49,732 nucleotides of DNA, from NCBI GenBank assembly GCA_002313415.1, contig DCBH01000072.1, forward strand, positions 1 through 49,732, written 5' to 3'. The stretch comes from Flavobacteriales bacterium UBA1112. GTDB lineage: Bacteria > Bacteroidota > Bacteroidia > Flavobacteriales_D > Sanyastnellaceae. Under the pieces are notes generated by a model that ran no database searches, was not told the origin of the DNA, and was given only the letters and a program-made list of their open reading frames with translations. This document shows, piece by piece, positions 23,595 through 32,655 of this stretch (within the stretch, counting starts at the first letter, position 1; each line of letters opens with the position of its first letter). The translations under genes were made by a program, and so were the position numbers.

Positions 23595-24650
23595 ATGGGA
23601 AAACACATCAGTGGCATTCAGCAGGTAGGCATCGGAATCCCCGATGTTCACAAGGCATGGAAGTGGTATCGCAATGCCTTTGGGATTGACATTCGAATGT
23701 TTGAGGAAGCGGCTGAGGCTGCTCTTATGACGAAATATACCGGTGGAGAAGTCCATGCTCGTCACGCCGTGCTTGCCCTGCACATGGGTGGTGGAGGTGG
23801 GATGGAGATTTGGCAGTATACAAGCCGTGAACCACAACCTGCCTCGTTTGAAGGACAACTCGGTGATACAGGCATTTTCATTTGTAAAATCAAGTGCAAG
23901 GATGCCGATACCATGCATGCTGAGCACGCACGTCGAGGGATCAATGCACTTGGTCCCGTTCATCGTCGTCCCGATGGCGTAAAGCATTTTTATCTCAAGG
24001 ACCCGCACGGTTATTTGTTCGAAATAGTTGAGAGCAATGAGTGGTTTGGACCTGCGAATTACGGGGGCGGGGTAGGAGGAGCGGTTCTCGGCGTGAGTGA
24101 CGTTGAGAAGTCTTTGAAGTTGTACTCGGATATTTTGGGTTATGACCATGTGTTGATGGATGAGGTTGGCAGCCACTCCGCTTTTGACCCTTTGCCCGGT
24201 GGAGGCCAAGTCTATCGTAGGGTCGTACTAAAACGTTCGCAGCCCACCGAAGGTGCATTCAGCGAATTGCTGGGTGGTGGAGAAATTGAGCTCATTCAGG
24301 CCATGGATCGCGCGCCGCGTCGCCTGTTTGAAGGACGTTATTGGGGAGATCTCGGATTCATCCATTTGTGTTGGGACATTCGCGATATGGAAGCGCTGGG
24401 CAAGGAGCTTAAAGCGGCTGGATTCCCGTTTACGGTTGACAGTTCTTCGTCATTTGACATGGGAGAGGCCAGCGGGCAATTCACCTACATTGAGGATCCG
24501 GATGGCACATGGATCGAATTTGTGGAAACCCATAAAATACCGATTGTCAAAAAGCTCAACTGGTATTTGGATACCCGGAATCGTTCAAACGAAAGAGCTT
24601 TGCCCAAATGGATGCTTAAGATGCTTCAGTTCAATCGGGTGAAGGACTGA
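23595..24650 (+). CDS. Two-domain VOC (glyoxalase/bleomycin-resistance/dioxygenase) family protein
   Basis: ISGIQQVGIGIPDVHKAWKWY and GGGVGGAVLGVSDVEKSLKLYSDILGY are the two beta-alpha-beta-beta-beta module starts. Further motifs are HFYLKDPHGYLFEIVE and FTYIEDPDGTWIEFVE. Confidence 0.75.
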   Translation: MGKHISGIQQVGIGIPDVHKAWKWYRNAFGIDIRMFEEAAEAALMTKYTGGEVHARHAVLALHMGGGGGMEIWQYTSREPQPASFEGQLGDTGIFICKIKCKDADTMHAEHARRGINALGPVHRRPDGVKHFYLKDPHGYLFEIVESNEWFGPANYGGGVGGAVLGVSDVEKSLKLYSDILGYDHVLMDEVGSHSAFDPLPGGGQVYRRVVLKRSQPTEGAFSELLGGGEIELIQAMDRAPRRLFEGRYWGDLGFIHLCWDIRDMEALGKELKAAGFPFTVDSSSSFDMGEASGQFTYIEDPDGTWIEFVETHKIPIVKKLNWYLDTRNRSNERALPKWMLKMLQFNRVKD

Positions 24651-24728
24651 AAAAGTTTTGATTTTGTTGGAGAAATTGCCCTTTGGTCTCGTCGTTTACA
24701 CGAAGGGGTGTAGCATACTTTCGCAAGT

Positions 24729-26864
24729 ATGAATTCTGTGAAATTTGTTTGGCCTCTGACCATGTTCACTGCTGTGGGAATGTTGGTCGCTTGTGGCAAT
24801 TCTTCAGTCAACTCTATGAAATATCCTGAGACACGTATCGTTGATGTCATCGATACACTTTGGGCCACCCCAGTTGCCGATCCTTATCGATGGTTGGAAG
24901 ACGATCGTGATCCTGAGGTGGTTGAGTGGGTGGGTGAGCAAGCGTCTACTGCACGCGAGTTTTTGGATGCACTTCCCGAGCGCGAGGTCCTTCGTGAACG
25001 CTGCGAGGCCTTGTTTAACCATCCCAGAGTTGGAATTCCTCGTCGCATTGGGGAAAAAATATTTCTGACCCGCAACAACGGGCTCCAAAATCAGAGTGTC
25101 ATTTTTGTTCAGGAAGGAGAAGGTGAGGAGGAACGCGTTTTTTTGGATCCCAATTCTCTTAGTGAGGATGGAACAGTCACTGCAAACTTATCTGGGGCAT
25201 CTCCAGATGGGCGATTTGTGGTTGAAGTACGAAATGCCGCTGGCTCGGATTGGCAGGAGATGCGTGTGATTGATTTGGAGACTGGAAAGTCGACTGGTGA
25301 GGTTTTGGAATGGGTCAAATTTTCTGGTGCCTCTTGGATAGATGGTGGATTCTATTACAGCCGTTACCCAGCACCTGAAGGCTCCGCGTTCAGCGCCGAA
25401 AACACCTATCACAGTGTGTATTTTCATGAAGTGGGTCGGCCCCAATCTGAGGACCGATTGGTTTTTCGCAATGACGATGAACCCAACCGTTACCATTTTG
25501 CAGGGGCTACGGAAGATGGCAAATATGTGGTGTTGAGCACAAGCACTGGTACGGATGGGAACAGTCTTCACGTCAAATCACTTGAAGAGGACGGAGCACA
25601 ATGGAAGCCAATCGTCACGGGATTTAAACACAATTCATCCATGGTTGATCACGTGGATGGTGGTCTTTACGTCCTTACCGACATTGGTGCCCCGCGCTAT
25701 CGTTTGATTGCAGCGGACCCCGCTGACCCCTCCAACATGGATTTGTGGCGAGACGTTCTTCCTGAGTCTGAGGATTTGCTGGAATCTGTAAGCGTGGTTG
25801 GTGGACAATTGTGGGCCACTTATTTGCGCAATGCCTCAAATCGAGTCATGCGTTATGACCTCGACGGTTCAAATCCTCGTGTTGTATCCCTGCCCTCTGA
25901 GGTAGGCTCTGTTGGTGGTTTCGGTGGCAAAATGGATGCAACTGAGCTGTATTACGCGTTTACATCTTTTACCCAGCCAACAAGTATATATAAGCTGGAC
26001 ATTGCTACAGGACAATCTGCCTTGTGGAGCATGCCCGATGTGGCTTTCAATCCCGAAGAATTTGAGGCACATCAAGAATGGTATGAATCCAAAGATGGCA
26101 CTCCCGTTCCAATGTTCATTGTCCACAAGAAAGGCCTGGTGAGAGATGGTAGCAATCCCACCTTACTTTATGCTTATGGCGGATTCAACATCAGTTTAAC
26201 ACCGAGTTTCAGCGCGAGCAACATTGCATTTCTCGAGCGTGGAGGGATTTACGCCATGCCCAATTTGCGAGGGGGAGGAGAATTCGGAGAGGCCTGGCAT
26301 AAAGCAGGGATGCTTTTGGACAAGCAGAATGTTTTTGACGACTTTTTCGCTGCAGGAGAATATCTTGTTCGCGAGGGTTACACTTCTCATGACAAGCTTG
26401 CCATCGCTGGAGGAAGCAACGGAGGGTTGCTCGTTGGAGCCATCATGACGCAGCGTCCTGACTTTGCTCGTGTTGCCTTGCCTGCAGTGGGTGTCATGGA
26501 CATGCTTCGGTATCACAAATTCACGATTGGTTGGGGATGGATTCCCGAATACGGCTGTGCGGATAGCTCCAAAGCTGATTTTGAGAATCTTCTAGGCTAC
26601 TCACCTGTGCACAATTTGAGGAATGGAGTGATCTATCCCAGTACCATGGTGACCACTGCAGATCACGATGATCGGGTTGTTCCAGCTCACAGTTTCAAGT
26701 TTGCTGCGAGACTTCAGGCCACGCACAAAGGAACTCGCCCAGTGCTTTTGCGTGTGGAGACAAATGCTGGACACGGAGCGGGTAAGCCCATCGGCAAAAT
26801 CTTGGATGAGCAAGCGGACAAGTGGGCATTTGTATTGAATGAGTTGGACGCCATTCAACCATGA
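24729..26864 (+). CDS. Prolyl oligopeptidase (S9A prolyl endopeptidase), lipoprotein-type signal
   Basis: PVADPYRWLEDDRDPEVVEWV is the classic POP N-terminus. The protease core has YGGFNISL, the GGSNGGLLVGA serine nucleophile, and DHDDRVVPAHSFKF...AGHGAG. The signal is ...MLVACGNSS. Confidence 0.9.
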   Translation: MNSVKFVWPLTMFTAVGMLVACGNSSVNSMKYPETRIVDVIDTLWATPVADPYRWLEDDRDPEVVEWVGEQASTAREFLDALPEREVLRERCEALFNHPRVGIPRRIGEKIFLTRNNGLQNQSVIFVQEGEGEEERVFLDPNSLSEDGTVTANLSGASPDGRFVVEVRNAAGSDWQEMRVIDLETGKSTGEVLEWVKFSGASWIDGGFYYSRYPAPEGSAFSAENTYHSVYFHEVGRPQSEDRLVFRNDDEPNRYHFAGATEDGKYVVLSTSTGTDGNSLHVKSLEEDGAQWKPIVTGFKHNSSMVDHVDGGLYVLTDIGAPRYRLIAADPADPSNMDLWRDVLPESEDLLESVSVVGGQLWATYLRNASNRVMRYDLDGSNPRVVSLPSEVGSVGGFGGKMDATELYYAFTSFTQPTSIYKLDIATGQSALWSMPDVAFNPEEFEAHQEWYESKDGTPVPMFIVHKKGLVRDGSNPTLLYAYGGFNISLTPSFSASNIAFLERGGIYAMPNLRGGGEFGEAWHKAGMLLDKQNVFDDFFAAGEYLVREGYTSHDKLAIAGGSNGGLLVGAIMTQRPDFARVALPAVGVMDMLRYHKFTIGWGWIPEYGCADSSKADFENLLGYSPVHNLRNGVIYPSTMVTTADHDDRVVPAHSFKFAARLQATHKGTRPVLLRVETNAGHGAGKPIGKILDEQADKWAFVLNELDAIQP

Positions 26865-26937
26865 TGGCTTCCATTCTCCGGTGTTGAGCCACATCAGCAC
26901 CTGATGACTCACATTCTCCATGACTGAGAAGATGAAA

Positions 26938-28164
26938 TCAGTCGTAAGATTCTTGGATTTCGATACAGCCAGCAAGGTTCCAGAAGTTGAACTCATTTTC
27001 GCTCCACGGTTGGGCGCCTGGAACGTCAACGTGCAGGATGTGCCTTCCTGCACCAAGTCGTCCAAGAGCAATGCTTCGAGGAATTACCCAATCTCCTGGA
27101 CACCAATTGGACCGACTAAGGTCTGAAGAGGCCACGCGTTCTGTGAGAGTGTCACCACGATAGACATAGGTCGAAGGCCAAAATCCGCTTGTGGGATTGA
27201 ATCTTCGGAATGCGCCGCAATCGTCGCGCCAAGGCGTCCAAGCATCTATGGTGTCGCCGTCGAGGACCAGGGCATGAGGCTGTTTTGTAAACTCATCTCC
27301 ACCTGCGTGGCCGCCGTGACCAGTGGTGAGAAAGTGCAGGGTCGTTTCACCGGGATGTTGAAGCTTGAATTCGATGCGTAGGGCAGAATCAGGGAGCTGT
27401 GTGAAAGGTCGTTGGTCGTGTGCAAGTTTTGTGGTGTTGAACAATGGCATGATGAGATGTTCCGAAGCCCAATCACAAGGCAGGGGGCTTTCTAGTACAT
27501 GAAGGCTTGCAGTCAAGGTGTAGCCCTCCGAGGTCCACGTGTCGATGTAAGCTCCTATCCAAATTGTATCGGCGGATTCAAGCCAAGGTTGGAGGTAAGA
27601 CACATCAGCTTTCCATGAAGCACTATCTGCCCAGCGAGACACAGCTTTTGGACGATAATTGTTGGCGCGATCGTTTTGGCTGAAGTGCCCGACTCCAAAT
27701 GGGGTGATGAATCGCATCAGTTCTAGGGGAGGTTGTCTCACCCCCTCTTGAACGATTCCCGCAAATCTTGTCGTGTCGGCGTCATCGCCGTCAAGCATGC
27801 GGTTTAAATAGTCTCGTCCAGCGTCACCTGCAAAAGCAAAGAGGCTGCCGCTTTTGTCCCACGGATCTCCTGAAGATTTGATGGACACCTCGAGTTCGAT
27901 GTTGCAACGTCTTGGATGAACTGGAATGGCCAAGGGCTTGAGTAAAATGCGTCCCGCATCAAGGCGAAAAGCACCGTCCTCCATGCACATGGAATCGGAG
28001 TGCATGTCAGGGTTAAAGTTTACCGTTTCGTTTTGCCAGATTTCAAGATGCATGGATCCAACTGCGGGTGCATCCAATAAAAGACTTCTTGAACATGCTG
28101 GAAAGCACAGCATGAATGTGGACATGAAAAAGCCGAAGAAAAAGTGAACATGCCTTTGGGTCAT
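26938..28164 (-). CDS. PNGase F-like (peptide-N-glycosidase F related) two-domain protein, probable lipoprotein
   Basis: The signal/lipobox is STFMLCFPAC. The N-domain has SGDPWDKSGSLFAF (compare PNGase F CDEWDRYANVYV). The C-domain has TTGHGGHAGGDEF...WRDDCGAF...SRSNWCPGDWVIPRSI (compare GWGH...CAEW...DRAGWCPGMAVPTRI). This is a motif-level match from memory. Confidence 0.55.
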   Translation of the reverse strand: MTQRHVHFFFGFFMSTFMLCFPACSRSLLLDAPAVGSMHLEIWQNETVNFNPDMHSDSMCMEDGAFRLDAGRILLKPLAIPVHPRRCNIELEVSIKSSGDPWDKSGSLFAFAGDAGRDYLNRMLDGDDADTTRFAGIVQEGVRQPPLELMRFITPFGVGHFSQNDRANNYRPKAVSRWADSASWKADVSYLQPWLESADTIWIGAYIDTWTSEGYTLTASLHVLESPLPCDWASEHLIMPLFNTTKLAHDQRPFTQLPDSALRIEFKLQHPGETTLHFLTTGHGGHAGGDEFTKQPHALVLDGDTIDAWTPWRDDCGAFRRFNPTSGFWPSTYVYRGDTLTERVASSDLSRSNWCPGDWVIPRSIALGRLGAGRHILHVDVPGAQPWSENEFNFWNLAGCIEIQESYD

Positions 28165-28255
28165 GCCCGCAAGTTCGACATCATCTCGACATAAGTCTAG
28201 ACTTGCTTAGGACTTTGAATGCAAGAAACGGTTCCCCAAAGGCTCGTTTTCCGAG

Positions 28256-28789
28256 TTATTTCGCCGAGGTCAGTGCATCGATGACATCAATCATTTGAGA
28301 GAATTCTTCTTCATCAAACAAGCGAGTCAACATGGCTATGCGGCCACTGCGATCGACCACAACATTGCGTGTGACTCCCGCTTTTGGTTCAGCAATGCTG
28401 TAAAAAACTTGACCACCGGGGTCTGGGCACATGGGGTAAGTCACTCCCATACGTTCGGAAAATGCAGCGACTTTATCGTGCGGCTCATCTAGATCGACAC
28501 CCAAAAGCAAAAACGGGCGATCTTGAAAAGATTGCCACACTTCGGACTCCAAATGAGGCATCTCTGCTCGACACACGCGACACCAGGATGCGGTGAATTG
28601 CAGCACATAGGTTGTGCCGATTAGAGAACTTTTTGTGTAGGTGTTTCCTGCGAGGTCGTGAAGCACAAAGTCAGGCATTTCATCGCCCATTTGAACCGTA
28701 AAACCTCGCGAATTGACTTGGGCAAATGACGCGTTGAGGCCCGCCAAAAGCCAGCTCGAAGCTAAAAGATAGAGGTGTTTGGCCTTCAT
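28256..28789 (-). CDS. Periplasmic TlpA/ResA-like thiol:disulfide oxidoreductase
   Basis: The signal is MKAKHLYLLASSWLLAGLNASFAQ. The thioredoxin motif is YVLQFTASWCRVCRAEMPHLE (WCxxC), followed by LLGVDLDE and TRNVVVDRSGRI. Confidence 0.8.
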   Translation of the reverse strand: MKAKHLYLLASSWLLAGLNASFAQVNSRGFTVQMGDEMPDFVLHDLAGNTYTKSSLIGTTYVLQFTASWCRVCRAEMPHLESEVWQSFQDRPFLLLGVDLDEPHDKVAAFSERMGVTYPMCPDPGGQVFYSIAEPKAGVTRNVVVDRSGRIAMLTRLFDEEEFSQMIDVIDALTSAK

Positions 28790-28828
28790 GAGAGGTCGGT
28801 CACTTCGACATGAAAATAGAGGGAAACA

Positions 28829-30067
28829 TCATTTCCAAAAGGATTTAAGGGTTCTGCCTAAAGATGAGAAGGGACAACGCTTAGGTACATCTTCTTCAGG
28901 AAACGCGTCTGTTGCCAGCAGGCGGTGAGTCTCCTTGGCTTTGGATGTAAATGTCATTCCGTTCACACGCGGAGGGGGTTGATAGAAGTAGTTGGTGTGA
29001 GTGATTACGCTGTTCGTGAAATGTCGGTGGTATTGTGGAGTCAAGCTGCCGGACATGGGTGGAGTCAACCACGACCAATCTCCCGGGACCTCTCGTCCTT
29101 GTCGCTCCTCAGCTTGGCACCATTGCTCAAATGCGCGGCCAATTTGGTGATGGTCGCCGACTGTGACCCCAGCGGCGTCAAAACTCGCCAGCAGCGCCTG
29201 ATTGAGCCGAACCAAGGCTTCGTCTTGCCATAGGCCACGTCGCAATTTTGTGGCGATGCCACAAGACTCTGCCCAAGGTTTAAGAACATTGTATCTGTCA
29301 GGGTCCGTCAAGTTTCTCGCCGCAATTTCAGTACCGAGGTAATGCCCATTGAATGGGGCAAAAGGATAAATCACGCCTCCAATTTTCAATGCCATGTCTG
29401 CCAAGATCGGCACGGCATACCACCTCAATCCAAGATTCTTTGTCGCTGGAAAATCCGGATGTGCAATGGGGATGTCGTGGGGGGACAAATTGCCGTCGTG
29501 AAACGGATCTACGGGCGTGTGGGCCCGTCCTGATTCCACTAGGACCCAGGGCAGTGGGGTCCAAGGAGTTTCTTTGGTATCCCATCCCTGATTGATACAG
29601 TACTTTGTCAAATCGATGCTGTCCGGATCACCCAAGACCTTTCCATGGGCTTGCTCAAATCCAGCGTAGCGAACCAATTGGTGGTTGGCCATACGCCATG
29701 GCACGTCCTCGCTTGACTGCGCCTGAGGAAAGATTGTGATGACGTTGCTGATTTTTCCGCCGTTGAATGCAGCATTGACGTGGCACTTGAGGTGTGAGAC
29801 GGCCTCATCGAGGCTGTCGCATTTGCGTGCGTCGTGAACTTGAAGGGTTCGCCAAAAATGTCGTCCGATGCACCGATTTGAATTGCGCCATGCAAGTCTA
29901 GACCCAAACTCTAACTCCTTATAGTTGTGTTTATAAGTTCCAGTTGACTCAATTTCAGATTGAATTTGTTTCCATCGCAGAGTGACATCGGGAATGTCCG
30001 CGCCTGCGACTGGGTCAGCAGCCATTGAATCCAAAAAAGCACGAGCTTCTTTTTTCAGTTGTTCCAT
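28829..30067 (-). CDS. nos: Bacterial nitric oxide synthase, oxygenase domain only
   Basis: The ATG at 30067 gives MEQLKKEARAFLD, aligning with the B. subtilis NOS N-terminus. Residues are numbered from the caller's upstream start at 30217 (subtract 50 for the ATG at 30067). AWRNSNRCIGRHFW carries the heme thiolate Cys116 (29870-29872). Further motifs are NGGKISNVITIFPQ, HQLVRYAGF, LRWYAVPILADM, PFNGHYLGTEIAARN, VTVGDHH and DWSWLTPPMSGSLTP. No reductase domain and no mammalian-type N-terminal Zn/pterin hook are present. Confidence 0.9.
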   Translation of the reverse strand: MEQLKKEARAFLDSMAADPVAGADIPDVTLRWKQIQSEIESTGTYKHNYKELEFGSRLAWRNSNRCIGRHFWRTLQVHDARKCDSLDEAVSHLKCHVNAAFNGGKISNVITIFPQAQSSEDVPWRMANHQLVRYAGFEQAHGKVLGDPDSIDLTKYCINQGWDTKETPWTPLPWVLVESGRAHTPVDPFHDGNLSPHDIPIAHPDFPATKNLGLRWYAVPILADMALKIGGVIYPFAPFNGHYLGTEIAARNLTDPDRYNVLKPWAESCGIATKLRRGLWQDEALVRLNQALLASFDAAGVTVGDHHQIGRAFEQWCQAEERQGREVPGDWSWLTPPMSGSLTPQYHRHFTNSVITHTNYFYQPPPRVNGMTFTSKAKETHRLLATDAFPEEDVPKRCPFSSLGRTLKSFWK

Positions 30068-30198
30068 TCCTTTCACACCAGCAAATGGCGAGATGGGATC
30101 GAGGTGGAATGGGGATGAATTGGCGCCAGACAAGTTCACGGAGCAAAGGTACGCCTGTAATGCAGCAAGAGGAGGGGCATTCACGACCTTTGGCAACC

Positions 30199-30930
30199 AT
30201 GAGTGAGTCATTATCACAAGGAACCCGAATCAACAAATACCTCAGTGAGGTAGGTCATTGCTCGCGCAGGGCTGCAGATGCACTGATTGAAGAAGGCAGA
30301 ATTACCATCAATGGGGTGGTTCCTAAAATGGGAACCCGTGTGCAACTCGGAGACGTGGTCGCGGTGGATGGAGTCGAAGTAGCAACAAGCGATCAAGAGC
30401 GAATCATCATCGCATATCACAAGCCTGTGGGTATCGTGTGCACAACGGACCGGCGACGTGAAAAGGACAACATCATTGATGCGATTGATTTTCCAACTCG
30501 GATTTATCCTATTGGCAGATTAGATAAAATGAGTGAAGGGCTGATTTTTTTGACCAACGATGGAGACATCGTCAACGACATTCTTCGGGCGCGTTTTGGG
30601 CACGAAAAGGAGTATCACGTGACGGTCAATGCACCTGTTACCGGAGAGTTCCTCAAGAAGATGTCAGAAGGAGTTCCCATTTTAGATACCGTTACGTTGC
30701 CTTGTGAAGTGAATGCCACTGGCCCGCAATCATTCAAAATCATCCTGAAGCAGGGACTAAACAGACAAATTCGGCGGATGTGTGAGGAGTTGGGTTACCG
30801 AGTCCGACGACTGAAGCGCGTACGCATCATGAACGTCGAACTCGGAGATTTACCCGTAGGTACGTATCGCCACTTGGATGACCCTGAGCTTCGCAAGCTC
30901 AAAGCACTTACACGAGAGGCAAAAAATTAA
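30199..30930 (+). CDS. rluF: 23S rRNA pseudouridine synthase F (RsuA/RluF family)
   Basis: The ATG at 30199 opens an S4 domain (RINKYLSEVGHCSRRAADALIEEGRITING). The catalytic motif is IYPIGRLDKMSEGLIFLTNDGD. HEKEYHVTV, GVPILDTVT and GLNRQIRRMCEELGY are near-collinear with E. coli RluF. Confidence 0.9.
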   Translation: MSESLSQGTRINKYLSEVGHCSRRAADALIEEGRITINGVVPKMGTRVQLGDVVAVDGVEVATSDQERIIIAYHKPVGIVCTTDRRREKDNIIDAIDFPTRIYPIGRLDKMSEGLIFLTNDGDIVNDILRARFGHEKEYHVTVNAPVTGEFLKKMSEGVPILDTVTLPCEVNATGPQSFKIILKQGLNRQIRRMCEELGYRVRRLKRVRIMNVELGDLPVGTYRHLDDPELRKLKALTREAKN

Positions 30931-30958
30931 TTTTTACCGTGCTGTACTGGTTCAATTG

Positions 30959-32236
30959 TTACGCCTGCGCTTTGTTTGGAAATACGCGATTCGCAATCAG
31001 TGCGACCACTAGGCCAATGCCAAGGCCTTTGAGCAAATCGATGAATACGATGGCCAGAATGGTCACTAAAAAGGGAACAAACACGGTCATTCCACTGTCA
31101 AACATTTTCTTGAAAGTGGCTGGCTTGGCCAATTTGTAACCGACGACAAAAAGCACTGCGGCAAGACTGCCTAGTGGAATGTAAGTGAGCAGCGTCGGAG
31201 CAAAAAGGAAGAACACCAAGAGCCAGACACCATGAAGAATGGCACTCATCTTGGTTGCATTGCCTGTTTGAATGTTCGCCGAAGAACGAACAATGACCTG
31301 AGTGATGGGCAGTCCACCAATCAAACCACTCATTGTGTTGCCAACGCCTTGAGCCAAAAGTTCTCGGTTGGTTGGCGTAACTCTTTTCTGTGGATCCAAT
31401 TTGTCAGTGGCTTCCACGCACAGGAGTGTTTCTAAACTGGCAACAACGGCGATGGTGGCCGCCAAAATCCAGATTGCACTGTCCCCAATTGCAGTGAAGT
31501 CCGGGAAAGTGAAGAGCGCGCCCCACGCGGTAGGATCAATGCCGTTCGCGGCGTGACCTGTCGGAACATCCACCAATTGCTTTGCCGTCAAGGCACCGCC
31601 GCTGCTCTTCGTCAACAAATGAATTGCTACGCCTGCCATGACCGCCACGAGAGAACCAGACAACACCTTGGTAAAGCTTTGGGCTTTCATCAATGAAGTT
31701 TCCCACAACACGAGGATGCCAAGGCATACTGCCGTAACAAGCATTGCCGTGGGTGCGGTGTAAGCCAAATTGTCCCCTAACAGGAGCAAGACATCAAAGA
31801 CTTTGTCTGCTTTGGCTGTTCCTTCTGCGCCTGCATATCCAAGACCGTGAGGAATTTGCTTGATGAAAATGATGATGCCGATGGCTGCCAGCATCCCTTG
31901 GATGACACTGGCGGGGAAATACTTGCCAATGATTCCGGCGCGGGCAATGCCGAGTACAAGTTGGGCGAGACCACCGATGACCACGGCCAAGAGAAAGGCT
32001 TCAAAGCCGACCTCTTGAATGCCATCATACACGATGACTGCGAGGCCAGCCGCAGGACCAGATACACCGACGTGGCTGCCTGAGATGGGAGCGACAATGA
32101 TGCCGCCAATGATGCCCGCAATCACGCCGGCAATGGGTGCTGCTCCTGAGGCGAGGGCGATGCCCAAGCAAAGTGGAAGTGCAACAAGAAAAACAACAAT
32201 GGAAGAGGGCAAATCACGCCCGAGATGCTGAAACAT
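30959..32236 (-). CDS. SulP-family anion (sulfate/bicarbonate) transporter, membrane domain only (no STAS)
   Basis: The N-terminus is DLPSSIVVFLVALPLCLGIALASGAAPIAGVIAGIIGGIIV. Further motifs are NRELLAQGVGNTMSGLIGGLPIT and VIVRSSANIQTGNATKMS. The protein ends at 425 aa, right after the last TM helix. The convergent rluF leaves only 28 bp, so there is no room for a STAS domain. Confidence 0.85.
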   Translation of the reverse strand: MFQHLGRDLPSSIVVFLVALPLCLGIALASGAAPIAGVIAGIIGGIIVAPISGSHVGVSGPAAGLAVIVYDGIQEVGFEAFLLAVVIGGLAQLVLGIARAGIIGKYFPASVIQGMLAAIGIIIFIKQIPHGLGYAGAEGTAKADKVFDVLLLLGDNLAYTAPTAMLVTAVCLGILVLWETSLMKAQSFTKVLSGSLVAVMAGVAIHLLTKSSGGALTAKQLVDVPTGHAANGIDPTAWGALFTFPDFTAIGDSAIWILAATIAVVASLETLLCVEATDKLDPQKRVTPTNRELLAQGVGNTMSGLIGGLPITQVIVRSSANIQTGNATKMSAILHGVWLLVFFLFAPTLLTYIPLGSLAAVLFVVGYKLAKPATFKKMFDSGMTVFVPFLVTILAIVFIDLLKGLGIGLVVALIANRVFPNKAQA

Positions 32237-32303
32237 GAGAAAAAGATTGAAAACGTCAGATAAACTTGTTTGATTCCGGCTCTGATTGCAGAGGCCTGGG
32301 CCA

Positions 32304-32612
32304 TCAAGAGGAGCGTTTATCTGGTGGGTCTAGCAATCTTGAAGCATACAAGCGTTCGTGCAGACTCATCTTGAGAAGGTGCGCATCGAAGTGACGTTCA
32401 AAGGCTGATGAGGCCTTCATGCATTCATCAATGGTAGTCTCATCCCATTCTAGCGACAATTCTTCGACTTCGGATTCCTGTTCGTTGTGTTCAAGTTCAA
32501 GGATGCCGATTGATTCATTCGCATTGAATCGGACGAACGGCAGAAACATCGTGGTCATCCAAATTGCCAAAATTGTGACGGCTGATGACTTTTTCCAGGC
32601 CAGGATTGTCAT
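32304..32612 (-). CDS. Hypothetical small single-TM protein with an acidic tail, between the iota-CA-like gene and SulP
   Basis: This is the only sizeable ORF in the 32237-32655 gap on the operon strand. From the ATG at 32612 it reads MTILAWKKSSAVTILAIWMTTMFLPFV (TM), then EHNEQESEVEELSLEWDE. No family was recognised, so coding status is uncertain. Confidence 0.3.
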   Translation of the reverse strand: MTILAWKKSSAVTILAIWMTTMFLPFVRFNANESIGILELEHNEQESEVEELSLEWDETTIDECMKASSAFERHFDAHLLKMSLHERLYASRLLDPPDKRSS

Positions 32613-32655
32613 GGTTGGTGATGAAGAATCAACTGGAGTTGACGCAACAATTTGA

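Noticed and set aside
23241-24209. 322-aa minus-strand ORF
   Set aside because: It is antisense to the DUF808 3' end and the VOC gene, both of which have clear family motifs. Its own translation is low-complexity with no motifs. I treat it as a shadow ORF.
28193-28204. 12-bp perfect palindrome AAGTCTAGACTT upstream of the PNGase F-like gene
   Set aside because: It is an isolated short palindrome with no second copy in the window and no nearby regulator gene. It could be an operator, but there is no supporting evidence.
30068-30217. N-terminal 50-aa extension of the NOS ORF, and the matching 5' extension of the rluF ORF (30025-30198)
   Set aside because: The two extensions would overlap each other head-to-head. 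The internal ATGs at 30067 (NOS) and 30199 (rluF) reproduce the N-termini of characterised homologues and leave a 131-bp divergent promoter region.
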